A stretch of DNA of 64,000 bases from Thermoanaerobaculia bacterium (GCA_963719225.1 CAVRAY010000001.1:2976001-3040000), one strand, 5' to 3'; positions 20,280 through 31,226 are shown, numbered from the stretch's first letter. A program made the numbers and translations. The notes: generated by a model from the sequence alone, not told the origin.

Positions 20280-21622
20280 CGCGGGGATTCGCGGCGAAGA
20301 ACGGCCGCCGTGAATCCGTCGTGCGTGCTCCCCGGCAGGATGCGGACGAGGCCATCGCGCGAGACGGCGGCCGCGAGCGGCGCGGGAAGGCCCGCCGCGC
20401 CGGGGACGACGGGGCGGAAGTCCGGCCTCCTTCCGAGGAGCGCGGCCAGCACCTCCTCGTTTTCCTCACGCTCCAACGAGCACGTCACGTAGACGAGCGT
20501 GCCGCCCGGCGCGACGAGGTCGAGCGCCGCTGCGAGGAGCCGCCGCTGGGTCTCGGCGAACCCGGTCAGGTCCTGCGGCTTCAGGCGAAGCCGGATCTCG
20601 GGGTTCTTGCGGAGCGTGCCGGTTCCGGAGCACGGAGCGTCGAGGAGAATCGAGGCGAACCGGCCGACGGGCAGGGGCGGGCGGGCCGCGTCCGCCAGGA
20701 CGACGAGCGCCTCAGGTCGACGTCCGGCAGCTCTCAGGTTGGCGGCGAGCCTGACCGCGCGCGAAACGGACTTCTCGAGCGCGATGACGCCGCGCGCCCG
20801 CCTCGTCGCGAGAAGGGTGCGCGTCTTGCCGCCTGGGGCCGCGGCGAGGTCGATCACGACCTCGGCCGCCGGAACGAGCTCCACCATCGCCTGTGCCGCC
20901 ACGTCGACGACCGCGAGCTCGCCGGATGCGACGCGGGAATTCGAAACGGCATTTCCCGCCGTCACCGTGAGCGCGAGCGGGGCCCACGGCGAACGCACGG
21001 CCTCGACGCCGTCCGCCGCGAGACGCCGGAGGATCTCCTCGGGGGTCCCGGCGCGGGGATCCGCCAGGAGGTCGATCGGCGCGTCCTCGTCGTCGGCCGC
21101 CAGCGCGGCCCGGGCCGCTTCTTCGCCGAATGCCGCGACCCAACGCGCCACGAGCCATTCCGGATGCGACGTCTCGAGCGCGAGCCGGCGGATGGGATCG
21201 ACTTTCCCCGAAAGGACGACGGCGCCGGGCCGCGCCTCTTTCTCGGCCACCCGGCGGAGAACGGCGTTCACGAGGCCTGCCGCCTTCGGCGCGAAGCTTC
21301 GCATCGCGGCCACGGTCTCTCCGACGGCGGCGTGCGGCGGCACGCGATCCATGAGAAGGAGCTGGGCAGCCCCGAGGCGAAGCGCTGCGAGAACCGCCGG
21401 CTCGAGCGACTCCGGCGTCTGCCGGAGATGTCGCGACAGGACGTGGTCGAGACGGATGGCGCCCCGAAGCGTCTTTTTCACGAGCGCGCGCAGAAAGTCG
21501 CGGTCGCGCGGCGGAAGGTCGCGACCGCGTGCGTCCAGAAGAGGCGAGGCGTGCGCGCCGTCCCGGGCCACGCGCACGAGAATTCCGAGCGCCCGCTCGC
21601 GGACGGGCCGCGTATCGCCCAT
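20276..21622 (-). CDS. rsmB: 16S rRNA m5C967 methyltransferase RsmB (NusB-like domain plus methyltransferase)
   Basis: VPPHAAV, SHPEWL, DLAAAPGGKT, LDAPCSGTG, YVTCS..EENE; TGATG overlap with fmt. Confidence 0.9.
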   Translation of the reverse strand: MGDTRPVRERALGILVRVARDGAHASPLLDARGRDLPPRDRDFLRALVKKTLRGAIRLDHVLSRHLRQTPESLEPAVLAALRLGAAQLLLMDRVPPHAAVGETVAAMRSFAPKAAGLVNAVLRRVAEKEARPGAVVLSGKVDPIRRLALETSHPEWLVARWVAAFGEEAARAALAADDEDAPIDLLADPRAGTPEEILRRLAADGVEAVRSPWAPLALTVTAGNAVSNSRVASGELAVVDVAAQAMVELVPAAEVVIDLAAAPGGKTRTLLATRRARGVIALEKSVSRAVRLAANLRAAGRRPEALVVLADAARPPLPVGRFASILLDAPCSGTGTLRKNPEIRLRLKPQDLTGFAETQRRLLAAALDLVAPGGTLVYVTCSLEREENEEVLAALLGRRPDFRPVVPGAAGLPAPLAAAVSRDGLVRILPGSTHDGFTAAVLRRESPR

Positions 21623-22650
21623 CAGCCCCACAGCTCGCCGGGTGCGACGCGCTCGCCGCGCACGAACTCGGCCGCGGCGAGCGGCCTCCTGCCTTCGGAC
21701 TGCAACGTCGCAATCGAGACTGCCCCTTCGCCGCACGCGACGACGATGCGCAGGCCCGCTTCGAGGAGAACCCCCGGGGTTTCTTTGCTCCCTCGCGCAA
21801 CGGAGGCATCTCGCGCGATCGGCGTGAGGCCCGAGAGCTTCAGGCGCGTATTCCTTCGAAAGGTGAAGAGACCAGGCCACGGAGTGAAGGCACGGTCTCG
21901 GCGCGCCAGCTCGGCCGCGGGCCGGGCCCAGTCGACACGGCCGTCCTCGCGGGCGATCTTCGGGCAATACGTAGCCAAGGAAGAATCCTGAGGAAGAGGA
22001 GGAGAGAAGATTTTCTTGGAAGGCGCGGGGGGCGCCGGCACCTCCGCGCCGCCGATGCCGCGCGGCATCAGCGGTGCGGTTGCGTCGGGCAATTCACCTT
22101 CTAAGAAATACAACGTTTCCACCAGTAAACCCGCACCTAACTGCGCCAGCCGCGCGCCGAGGGAAGCAGAATCTTCTCTCTCCCCGATCCTCGTCTCCCG
22201 CGTCGCGTAGACCGGGCCGGTGTCCATCCCGGCGTCCATCTTCATGATCGAGACACCGGTGACCTCCTCTCCCGCGAGGATGGCCGCCTGCACCGGCGAG
22301 GCCCCGCGCCAGCGCGGGAGGAGCGAGCCGTGCACGTTCAGGCAGCCGAGCCGCGGGAGGTCGAGCACCCTCTGCGCCAGGATTTTTCCGTACGCGACGA
22401 CCACGAAGGCGTCGGCACGAGCCTCGGCGAGGCGCGCGACCGCGGCGTCATCCTTCAGCGTAGAAGGCTGGAAGACGTGGATTCCCAGCGACTTCGCCCT
22501 TGCAGCGACGGGCGGATCGGTCACCTCGCCTTTTCGCCCGACGGGTTTTCCCGGCTGGGAAACGACGAGCGGCACGCGATGACCCGCAGCGAGCATCGCC
22601 TCGAGCGTCGGGAGAGCGAAAGGCGGCGATCCGAAAAAAATTATTTGCAC
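21622..22650 (-). CDS. fmt: Methionyl-tRNA formyltransferase
   Basis: IIFFGSP.FA, VVAYGKIL, NVHGSLLPRWRGASP, MDAGMDTG; followed by rsmB. Confidence 0.96.
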   Translation of the reverse strand: MQIIFFGSPPFALPTLEAMLAAGHRVPLVVSQPGKPVGRKGEVTDPPVAARAKSLGIHVFQPSTLKDDAAVARLAEARADAFVVVAYGKILAQRVLDLPRLGCLNVHGSLLPRWRGASPVQAAILAGEEVTGVSIMKMDAGMDTGPVYATRETRIGEREDSASLGARLAQLGAGLLVETLYFLEGELPDATAPLMPRGIGGAEVPAPPAPSKKIFSPPLPQDSSLATYCPKIAREDGRVDWARPAAELARRDRAFTPWPGLFTFRRNTRLKLSGLTPIARDASVARGSKETPGVLLEAGLRIVVACGEGAVSIATLQSEGRRPLAAAEFVRGERVAPGELWG

Positions 22651-22738
22651 CGCGCGAGTGTATCGACACGAAACCTCGTTTTCCCTCTAGAATGCGCGCA
22701 TCCCGAACCGGGAGCGAATCAAGAAAGGACGGAATCAA

Positions 22739-23026
22739 ATGGCTGGAATGACGAAATCGCAGATCGCGGAGGCCCTCGCGGAGAAGACGGGCCTCACGAA
22801 GAAGGCTTCGGCGCAATACCTCGAGGAGCTCGCCGCTCTCGCCTACAAGGGCGCCAAGAACTCCTTCACGTTGCCTGGCCTCGGCAAGCTCGTGCTGGTG
22901 AACCGCAAGGCGCGCATGGGTCGCAACCCCGCGACCGGCGAGGCGATCAAGATCCCGGCGAAGCGCGTCGTGAAGTTCCGCGTCGCGAAAGCCGCCAAAG
23001 ACGCGATCCTCGGCGCAAAGAAGTAG
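22739..23026 (+). CDS. hup: HU family DNA-binding protein
   Basis: MTKSQI..LPGLGKL..RKARMGRNPATGE.IKIPAK.VVKFR; TAGAAT at 22688-22693. Confidence 0.95.
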   Translation: MAGMTKSQIAEALAEKTGLTKKASAQYLEELAALAYKGAKNSFTLPGLGKLVLVNRKARMGRNPATGEAIKIPAKRVVKFRVAKAAKDAILGAKK

Positions 23027-23036
23027 CGCGATAGCG

Positions 23037-23061
23037 TGCCCGCGGCCTCCGGCCGCGGGCA
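23037..23061. terminator. GC-rich hairpin between convergent hup and ftsK
   Basis: TGCCCGCGGCC-TCC-GGCCGCGGGCA, perfect 11-bp stem; no clear U-tract. Confidence 0.55.
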
Positions 23062-23071
23062 TCGAGATTTC

Positions 23072-25495
23072 CTACGACCGTCGGTTGCGGTCGATCTCCT
23101 CGAAGTAGTCCGTCGGAACGAGGATCTCGCGGCTCCTGCTCCCGCCCGCGGGCGGTCCCACGATTCCGTCGCGCTGCATCATGTCGATGAGCTTGCCGGC
23201 GCGCGAGAAACCGATCTCGAGCCTCCGCTGCAAGAACGAGATCGATGCCATGCGCTCCCGCACGACGAGGCGCGCCGCCTGGTCGTAGATCGGATCCGTG
23301 TCGTCAGAGTCCGCCCTGAGGCCGCCGGCCGCGCCTTGTGATTCGCGGTCGACCGTCACGCTCTCGTCGTAGATCGGCTTGCCCTGCTTTTTCAGGAACC
23401 GGCAGATTTCCTTCGTCTCCTCGCCGCTGATGAAGCCGCCGTGCACGCGCATGAGATACGACGTTCCGGCGGCGAGATACAGCATGTCCCCCTGGCCGAG
23501 GAGAGACTCGGCGCCCATCGAGTCGAGGATCGTGCGTGAGTCGATCTTCGTCCGCGCCGTGTAGGCGACCCGGCACGGCAGGTTCGCCTTGATCGTGCCC
23601 GTGATGACGTCCACGGATGGGCGCTGCGTTGCGAGGACGAGGTGGACGCCCACGGCCCGGGCTTTCTGCGCGAGGCGCGCGACGGACTCCTCGATCTCGC
23701 GCGGCGCCGTCATCATGAGATCTGCGAGCTCGTCGATGACGATCACGATGTACGGCATCGGGGAGATCGCGCCGGTCTCGTCGGCTTTCAGCCTTTCGCC
23801 GAGCTTCTCCCTCACCTCGGCCACCGAGCGCGGATCGCGGATCGCGGCGTTGTACTGCTCGATGTTGCGCACGCCGGGCCACTCCGACAGGAGCTTGTAG
23901 CGGCCTTCCATCTCGTCCACGGCCCACTTGAGCGCATTCGCGGCCTTCTTGGGGTCCGTGATGACCGGCACGAGCAGATGCGGAAGGTCCTCGTAGTCCT
24001 TCATGTCGTTCATCTTGGGATCGACGAAGATGAACTTGACCTCGTCCGGGCGTGCCTTGAAGAGGATGGAGGTGATCATCCCGGAGACGCCCACGCTCTT
24101 CCCGGCTCCCGTTTGACCCGCGACGAGGAGGTGCGGCATCCGCCCGAGGTCCGCGACGACGGGCTCGCCGTGCACGTCGATGCCGAGCGCGATCGTGAGG
24201 AGCGACGGAGAGCGCCGGAATTTCTCGCTTTCGATGACCTCCCGCAGCGCGATGAGGTCGCGGCTTCGATTCGGAACCTCGATCCCGATCGCGGCGCGGC
24301 CCGGCATCCGCTCGATGCGGACCTTTTCCGCCGCGAGCGCGAGCGCGAGGTCGTTCTCGAGGGACGCAACCTGCGAGACCTTGACGCCCGCGGACGGCTT
24401 GAACTCGTAGGTCGTGACGACGGGCCCCGGCGTGTAGGCGTCCACGGCGCCCTCGACGCCGAACTCGAGGCATTTGGCCGCGATGAGCTCCATCGTCTGC
24501 CGGAATTCCTCGCGGTCGCTTTCCCGGTCCCGCTTCGGGGCGGCGCGGAGCAGCTTCGCGGGCGGAAAAACCCAGCCGGAGGAATCCCGCGGGGCCGGAA
24601 AAGGCAGGATCCTCTGCGGGGCGTCCGCCTTCTTCTCGAGCCGCGCCGGCCGGGCCACGGGTCTCGGCGGCTCGATTTCGGCGCCGCCTGCCTTCCGGAT
24701 CGAGAAGCGTCCCTCTCCCGCCTTTTCCTTGACGCGGAGCGTGGCGACCGAGGGGATGTAGACGAGGTCCCCCTCCGGCTCCGCCGCCTTCTCGGGCGTC
24801 GGCCGCGTGGCGTCCTCTTTCGCGCGCTCGAGATGCTTCTTCACGACGTCCCGCCGCTGTTTCTCCTTGAGGACGAGCTCACGGCGGCGCCGGCGCTCGA
24901 GCAGGAGAGAACGCCACCAGCCCGAGAGCCGCAGCGTCGTACCCGAAAGGCCGTCGCCGAGAGAGAGGGAGGTGGCGAGGAGCAGCCCGATGAGAAGGCC
25001 GGCGGACAGGAGGATCGCGGCACCCGGAGGGTTGAGCGCCGAAACCGCGAACGAGCCGAGGAGGTCGCCCACGAAGCCGCCCGCGTCGAGCCCGCCTCCG
25101 AACGCCCGGGGGCGCCCGAAAGCGAGGTGCGCGAGAGGCGCGAGCGTCACGACGACGAGCGCGATGCCCACGCCCTTCGTGCCCCAGCCGCCGACCTGCC
25201 TCGAACGAAAGCGCCGCCAGCCGAGAACGAGGAGCGCGAGAGGCGCGACGATCGCCGCGAGACCGAAGAACTGGAGGCTGCCGTCCGCGAACGTGGCGCC
25301 GAAGCGCCCCGCCCAGTTGCGTGGCCGGAGCCCCTGGTCGTTCACGGCCGAGAAGAGCGAGGGGTCGTTCGGGTGATACGAGACGAGCGCCGCGAGCAGA
25401 ACGAGGCCCGCGGCGAGGAGAACGATTCCGAGAAACTCGTCCCGCCGCCGCACGAGGGCCGACGGAGGAGGCGCGGTCTTGAGCGCGGTCGCCAT
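23072..25495 (-). CDS. ftsK: DNA translocase FtsK
   Basis: N-terminal TM domain, GPVVT.YE, MPHLLVAGQTGAGKS, IDELADLM, LATQRPSVDVITG, C-terminal gamma domain. Start ATG 25495. Confidence 0.97.
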   Translation of the reverse strand: MATALKTAPPPSALVRRRDEFLGIVLLAAGLVLLAALVSYHPNDPSLFSAVNDQGLRPRNWAGRFGATFADGSLQFFGLAAIVAPLALLVLGWRRFRSRQVGGWGTKGVGIALVVVTLAPLAHLAFGRPRAFGGGLDAGGFVGDLLGSFAVSALNPPGAAILLSAGLLIGLLLATSLSLGDGLSGTTLRLSGWWRSLLLERRRRRELVLKEKQRRDVVKKHLERAKEDATRPTPEKAAEPEGDLVYIPSVATLRVKEKAGEGRFSIRKAGGAEIEPPRPVARPARLEKKADAPQRILPFPAPRDSSGWVFPPAKLLRAAPKRDRESDREEFRQTMELIAAKCLEFGVEGAVDAYTPGPVVTTYEFKPSAGVKVSQVASLENDLALALAAEKVRIERMPGRAAIGIEVPNRSRDLIALREVIESEKFRRSPSLLTIALGIDVHGEPVVADLGRMPHLLVAGQTGAGKSVGVSGMITSILFKARPDEVKFIFVDPKMNDMKDYEDLPHLLVPVITDPKKAANALKWAVDEMEGRYKLLSEWPGVRNIEQYNAAIRDPRSVAEVREKLGERLKADETGAISPMPYIVIVIDELADLMMTAPREIEESVARLAQKARAVGVHLVLATQRPSVDVITGTIKANLPCRVAYTARTKIDSRTILDSMGAESLLGQGDMLYLAAGTSYLMRVHGGFISGEETKEICRFLKKQGKPIYDESVTVDRESQGAAGGLRADSDDTDPIYDQAARLVVRERMASISFLQRRLEIGFSRAGKLIDMMQRDGIVGPPAGGSRSREILVPTDYFEEIDRNRRS

Positions 25496-26370
25496 CACGA
25501 AACGCCCTTCAGCTCCCCGGCGAATCCCGACGAGATCCGCTCGCCGAGGAGGACGAGCACGAGACCGAGCACGGCGCAGTAGACGATGAACGGTGTCAGG
25601 CGCATCGAGATGACGAGCTTCAGGAGGACCCCGACGGCGAAGTACCCGACCACCGCAGAGACGAGCATCCCGACTCCGTAGGCAGGGAGAGAGCCTCCGT
25701 CGGCGAGTGGGCCCGTGTGGTGTCGGTACGCGTGCAGGTTCTCCACGGCCGCTGCCGCGAGGATCGTCGGAATCGAGAGGAGAAACGAGAACTCCGCCGC
25801 TGCCCGCCGCGACAGTCCGGAGAGGAGGCCGACGGAGATCGTGTTCCCCGAGCGCGAGAGGCCGTGGAAGATCGCCGAAAGGGCCTGGCAGGCCCCCATG
25901 ACGGAAGCATCGCGCGGACGAATTTCTTCGAGCGTGAGACCGCCCTCGCCGCGGCGCCGGCCGATCCTCTGGGCCAACAGGAGCAACACCGACGTGGCGC
26001 AAAGCGCGGCTCCCATTCGACGGAATTCCGTCATCCCCGAGACCGCGACGCCCTTGAATGGCATCGCGACCACGCCCGTGAGCGCGACCGCAAGGAAGAG
26101 GAGCCCCGCGAGGCGCCACGCCGAACGGCGCTCGGACGCGTCGCCCGACACGAGCCCCGCGAGCGTCTTGCCCAGCCGCTCGCGGAAATACAGCACGACC
26201 GCCGCGAGCGTGCCGACGTGAAGGAGGACGTCGAAGAGGATTCCGGGCTGCGCGAACCCGGGAAGGAAGCGCTGCGCGAGCGCCAGATGCGCCGTCGAGG
26301 AGACGGGCAGAAACTCGGTCAGGCCCTGCACGACGCCGAGCAGGACGGCCTGGCCGACGGTCACCGACAT
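25495..26370 (-). CDS. uppP: Undecaprenyl-diphosphate phosphatase
   Basis: GVVQGLTEFLPVSSTAH, GLSRSG, AAEFSFLLSIP. Confidence 0.96.
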   Translation of the reverse strand: MSVTVGQAVLLGVVQGLTEFLPVSSTAHLALAQRFLPGFAQPGILFDVLLHVGTLAAVVLYFRERLGKTLAGLVSGDASERRSAWRLAGLLFLAVALTGVVAMPFKGVAVSGMTEFRRMGAALCATSVLLLLAQRIGRRRGEGGLTLEEIRPRDASVMGACQALSAIFHGLSRSGNTISVGLLSGLSRRAAAEFSFLLSIPTILAAAAVENLHAYRHHTGPLADGGSLPAYGVGMLVSAVVGYFAVGVLLKLVISMRLTPFIVYCAVLGLVLVLLGERISSGFAGELKGVS

Positions 26371-26406
26371 CGACGAATTGTAGCAGGCGGTGTCGCGGTT
26401 CTCGGG

Positions 26407-27198
26407 CTACTTGCCGGGTGGTCCGAGCCTCGGCGCGAGCGCGCGAAAGACGTCCAGTCCGAGCGTTTCCGCTCGCGTCGTCGAGGGAAGTCCGGCGTCC
26501 GCGACCGCCGAAATCGCGCGCTCGCGTCCCCAGAGCGGTGTGAGCGCGTTCACGAGAGTCTTTCGCCGCGACGTGAAGCCCGCCGAGGCCACGCGGAGCG
26601 CGTCGTCCGATCCGGCCACCGGCCCGTGAGGCACGAGCTCGAGGACGGAAGATCGCACCTTCGGAGGCGGCGAAAAATCCCCCCGCGAGACGTCGAAGAG
26701 CCGGCGCGCAGCCGCGTGCGCGCCGACGTCCAGCGTGAGAAAACCGTAGGCGTCGCCTCCCGGCTCGGCGACGATCCGGTCCGCGACTTCCTTCTGGATC
26801 ATGACGACCAGGCGGGAGAAGAGGTCCGGCCGCCGGACGAACGCACGCAGCATCGGCGTGGCGCTCTCGTACGGGAGATTGCCGACGAACGGCACCGGCG
26901 GTCGCGCGCCGATTTGCGCGAGAGTGGTCTCGATGTCGGCCTTGAGGACGTCCGCCGTCTCCACGAAGAGGGCCCGCTCGGCGAGCTCGTGCGAAAGGCG
27001 CGCCGCCAGGACGGGATCCACCTCGAAGGCGAGGACGCGCGCGCCCCGGTCGAGGAGCGGCCGTGTGAGAGCTCCGCGGCCCGGCCCCACCTCGACGACG
27101 GTCTCCCCCTCCCGGGCCCCCAGCGCGTCGAGAATTTTTTCGACCGTCGAAACGTTGACGAGGAAGTGCTGCCCCCAGCGGGGCCGGGAAAGCCGCAC
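26407..27198 (-). CDS. rsmA: 16S rRNA m6,2A dimethyltransferase RsmA/KsgA
   Basis: GQHFL, EVGPGRGALT, GNLPY, QKEVA, F.PPPKVRS; start uncertain (GTG 27198 or 27222). Confidence 0.95.
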   Translation of the reverse strand: MRLSRPRWGQHFLVNVSTVEKILDALGAREGETVVEVGPGRGALTRPLLDRGARVLAFEVDPVLAARLSHELAERALFVETADVLKADIETTLAQIGARPPVPFVGNLPYESATPMLRAFVRRPDLFSRLVVMIQKEVADRIVAEPGGDAYGFLTLDVGAHAAARRLFDVSRGDFSPPPKVRSSVLELVPHGPVAGSDDALRVASAGFTSRRKTLVNALTPLWGRERAISAVADAGLPSTTRAETLGLDVFRALAPRLGPPGK

Positions 27199-27200
27199 GC

Positions 27201-27230
27201 TTGACGCTCTCACACGCCGCACCCTACCAT
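27201..27230 (+). promoter_or_regulatory. Putative sigma70 promoter of trxA
   Basis: TTGACG (27201-27206), 18 bp, TACCAT (27225-27230). Confidence 0.55.
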
Positions 27231-27292
27231 CGAAGCTTGCGCCCGGGATCGCCCCGCCGCGACCGCACGGCCGCCAGAAAGGAACTCACGAA

Positions 27293-27622
27293 ATGTCCGC
27301 AAACGTCCTCGAGCTGAGCGAAGGGTCGTTCGAATCCACCGTCCTGAAGAGCACGAAGCCCGTCCTGGTGGACTTCTGGGCGGTCTGGTGCGGCCCCTGC
27401 CGGCAGGTGGCGCCGATCGTCGAGTCGCTCGCGTTGAAGTGGGGGGAGAAGGTCACGGTGACGAAGCTGAACGTGGACGACGTGCCTTCCGTGGCCGAGC
27501 GCTACGGAATCATGTCGATTCCCACGCTCATGCTCTTCAAGGGCGGGCAGATCGTCGAGCGCGTCGTCGGCGTCTCGCCGCAGGCCTCGCTCGAGCGCAA
27601 GTTCGAGCCGCATCTGAACTGA
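27293..27622 (+). CDS. trxA: Thioredoxin
   Basis: VDFWAVWCGPC, SIPTL; start ATG 27293 after AGAAAGGA. Confidence 0.97.
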   Translation: MSANVLELSEGSFESTVLKSTKPVLVDFWAVWCGPCRQVAPIVESLALKWGEKVTVTKLNVDDVPSVAERYGIMSIPTLMLFKGGQIVERVVGVSPQASLERKFEPHLN

Positions 27623-27994
27623 CTATTTCCCGGGTTTCTCTTCCTCCGGCCCCGGCATGATCTTCCGTGCGATGGGGCCGTCGGGACCGTCTTCGTAAAG
27701 GATCCTGAGGCGGGCGCCGCGCTTCGGTGTCGCCGTGATCTCGGTGTTCGCATCGATGTCGAACGCGCGGCCGGGCTGTCCGACTTCCGACAGGACGAGG
27801 AATGCCCCCGGCTCGTACCGCAGGCACGATCCCGCCGCCCGGAGGAACGGCGCCGGTGTCGGCGTCGCCGTGGGGGCGGGCGTCGGGGTGGGCGTCCGCC
27901 GCTTCTTCTTCCTCGCGGCCTCCGACACGGGCGCCGAGAGGAAGAGCACCGCAAGTGCGAGACACGCGAAGCGGGCGGATGCCGGGAAAGCCAT
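27623..27994 (-). CDS. Small secreted hypothetical protein with Pro/Thr linker and beta-rich domain
   Basis: Signal-peptide-like N-terminus, RKKKRR, TPTPTPAPTATPTP linker; TATCCT 7 nt before ATG 27994. Confidence 0.6.
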   Translation of the reverse strand: MAFPASARFACLALAVLFLSAPVSEAARKKKRRTPTPTPAPTATPTPAPFLRAAGSCLRYEPGAFLVLSEVGQPGRAFDIDANTEITATPKRGARLRILYEDGPDGPIARKIMPGPEEEKPGK

Positions 27995-28151
27995 CCGTTC
28001 GAGGATAACCGCGAGACCCGGGTTATCCTTACCCGAGCTCGGAACGGGCGAAATCAGCTCCGGACGCCCCGGCATCCCGCTTGCTGTACTTGACTTCCGG
28101 CCGTTCCCCGATGCCGATTCGGCGTCGAAATGAAGCCTTCGAAGGGACAGG

Positions 28152-29186
<1,035 letters not shown>

Positions 29187-29211
29187 TGGACGCGGTGGAA
29201 CGCGCCGAGTC

Positions 29212-30138
29212 GTGCCTCTCCCTCAGGGGGCTCTAGCCCCCTCGGACCCCCGCATGCTGCCACGCGAGATCGTCCGAAAGCTCCACCGCATCCGCATCCG
29301 GACGAACCGTCTCGTGGAAGCGGGCGTGGGAGGCGAATACCACTCGGTCTTCCGCGGGCGCGGGATGGAGTTCTCCGAGGTGCGCGAATACGTGCCCGGA
29401 GACGACGTGAGGACGATCGACTGGAACGTCACGGCCCGGACGGGCGTCCCGCACGTCAAGAAGTTCGTGGAGGAGCGGGACCTCACGGTTCTGCTCCTCC
29501 TCGACCTCTCGGCGTCGCAGGGTTTCGGCTCGCAGTACCTCACGAAGCGCGAGCTGATGGCCGAGCTCGCGGCCCTTCTTTCGTTCGCGGCGATCAAGAA
29601 CCACGACCGCGTCGGCGCGCTCCTCTTCACGGACCGGCTCGAGCGCTATCACCCGCCGCGCAAGGGCGTCGATCATGCGCTCGCGATCACCCGTGACGCG
29701 CTTTCGCTCGTGCCGGCCGGTCGGACGACCGACCTCGCGCTCGCGCTTCGAAGCGCCGCGTCGCTCCTGAAGCAGCGCGCGGTCGTCTTCGTCGTGTCGG
29801 ACTTCCTCGCGGCGGGATACGAGAAGGCGCTGAAGACCCTCAACAAGCGCCACGACGTCGTCGCGATCCCGATCGCCGATCCGCGCGAGCAGGCCCTCCC
29901 GCCCGCGGGGCTCGTGCGGCTGCGCGACGCCGAGACGGGGGCCACGCGCGTCTTCGACACGGCCGACCCGGTGTTCCGCCAGGCCTGGGGGCGACGCACG
30001 GCGAGCCTGCCGGAGCCGGCCGCGGTCTTCCGCTCCTCGGGAATCGACTCCATCCCCTTGAGGACGGACGCGTCCTACGAGCTGCCCCTCGTGCGCTTCT
30101 TCAAGGAGCGCGAAAAACGCAAGGCGTCGGGGCGATGA
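29212..30138 (+). CDS. DUF58 family protein
   Basis: S.FRGRGMEFSEVREY.PGDDVR.IDWNVTAR, VSDF; start may be ATG 29254. Confidence 0.93.
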   Translation: MPLPQGALAPSDPRMLPREIVRKLHRIRIRTNRLVEAGVGGEYHSVFRGRGMEFSEVREYVPGDDVRTIDWNVTARTGVPHVKKFVEERDLTVLLLLDLSASQGFGSQYLTKRELMAELAALLSFAAIKNHDRVGALLFTDRLERYHPPRKGVDHALAITRDALSLVPAGRTTDLALALRSAASLLKQRAVVFVVSDFLAAGYEKALKTLNKRHDVVAIPIADPREQALPPAGLVRLRDAETGATRVFDTADPVFRQAWGRRTASLPEPAAVFRSSGIDSIPLRTDASYELPLVRFFKEREKRKASGR

Positions 30139-31226
30139 AGAGAATTCTTTTTGCTCCCTCGCGCACTGTTGCACTGGGCGTCATGACCTTGCTGCTCACG
30201 TCGGGATTCGCTGTTTTCTCTTTGAACGGTCAAGAGGGACCGCCCGCGGGCGCCGCCAAGAAATCTTCGTCTTCCTCTTTCTCTTCATACTCGATTTCCG
30301 CGACCGTCGACCACGCGTCCGTCTCCCTCGGCGACCGCGTGGTCGTGACGTACGCCGCCCGCATTCCCGCGGGCGCGACGCTGACGCTCGACGCGCTCGT
30401 GACGCCGGCCCCCGAAGAGGGCGCGCGGCCTCCCGGCGGCGCCGTCCTGGAGTTCGAGAACCCTTCGCCGCCCACCGTCGCGAAGAGCGCCACGGGAGAT
30501 CTCTTCGAATGGCGGCAGGCCGTGGCGCTGTTCCCATTTCAGGCGGGGACGGTGAGCGTGCCGGGCCCCCACTATTCATTCAAAGAATCTCCTTCTTCGT
30601 CTTCCTCCGTCGACGTCCGACCACCCACCGTGGAGCTGACGGTGGCTTCGCGCCTCCCGAAGGACCAGAAGCCCGACCAGCTCGCACCGAAGGCCGACAA
30701 GCCGGTGCGGATCCCGGCATGGCCGGCGTCCTGGTGGGTCGCCCTCGGCGTCGGAGCAGCGCTCGTGGCGGCGCTCGTCGCCTGGCTCGTCGCGCGCCGG
30801 CGGCGGAAGGCCGCGCTCCCCGAGGCCGCGGAGCCCCCCATCCCGCCCGGAGAGGAGCTGCGCCTCGCGCTCGCCCGGCTCGCCGCGGCCGCGGAGGAGC
30901 TCGGCGACGACGCGCGCGGCTTCTACTCCGAGCTCACGTATGCCGTGAAGCGCTTCCTCGAGCGCGTGACGGGCGATCCCGTCCTCGAATGGACGACGTT
31001 CGAGACGGTGAGGCGCTTGCGTGAGAAGGGCTTCGAGTTCCCGCGCGAGGCCGCGTTCCCCGAGCTCCTCGCCTCCGCCGACCGCGTCAAGTTCGGAAAA
31101 GGACCCGCGACGCGCGCGGACGCGAGGGAAGCGCTCGTCAGGGCACGCGTCGTCCTCCACGACGTCGAAGCGCGACAGAAGGCCGACGCCGCCCGCGCCG
31201 CCGCCGCGAAGGAGCGCGCCTCGTGA
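30135..31226 (+). CDS. Bat-operon membrane protein (Ig-like domain, TM, helical domain)
   Basis: Signal-like N-terminus, TM followed by RRRRK, FYSEL..VKRFLE..EWTT.E, ADRVKF; ATGA coupling. Confidence 0.7.
   Translation: MKRILFAPSRTVALGVMTLLLTSGFAVFSLNGQEGPPAGAAKKSSSSSFSSYSISATVDHASVSLGDRVVVTYAARIPAGATLTLDALVTPAPEEGARPPGGAVLEFENPSPPTVAKSATGDLFEWRQAVALFPFQAGTVSVPGPHYSFKESPSSSSSVDVRPPTVELTVASRLPKDQKPDQLAPKADKPVRIPAWPASWWVALGVGAALVAALVAWLVARRRRKAALPEAAEPPIPPGEELRLALARLAAAAEELGDDARGFYSELTYAVKRFLERVTGDPVLEWTTFETVRRLREKGFEFPREAAFPELLASADRVKFGKGPATRADAREALVRARVVLHDVEARQKADAARAAAAKERAS

Noticed and set aside
27850-27900. Short tandem repeats resembling an array
   Set aside because: They encode the Pro/Thr linker; there is no repeat-spacer structure. 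No CRISPR array or cas gene was seen in the window.
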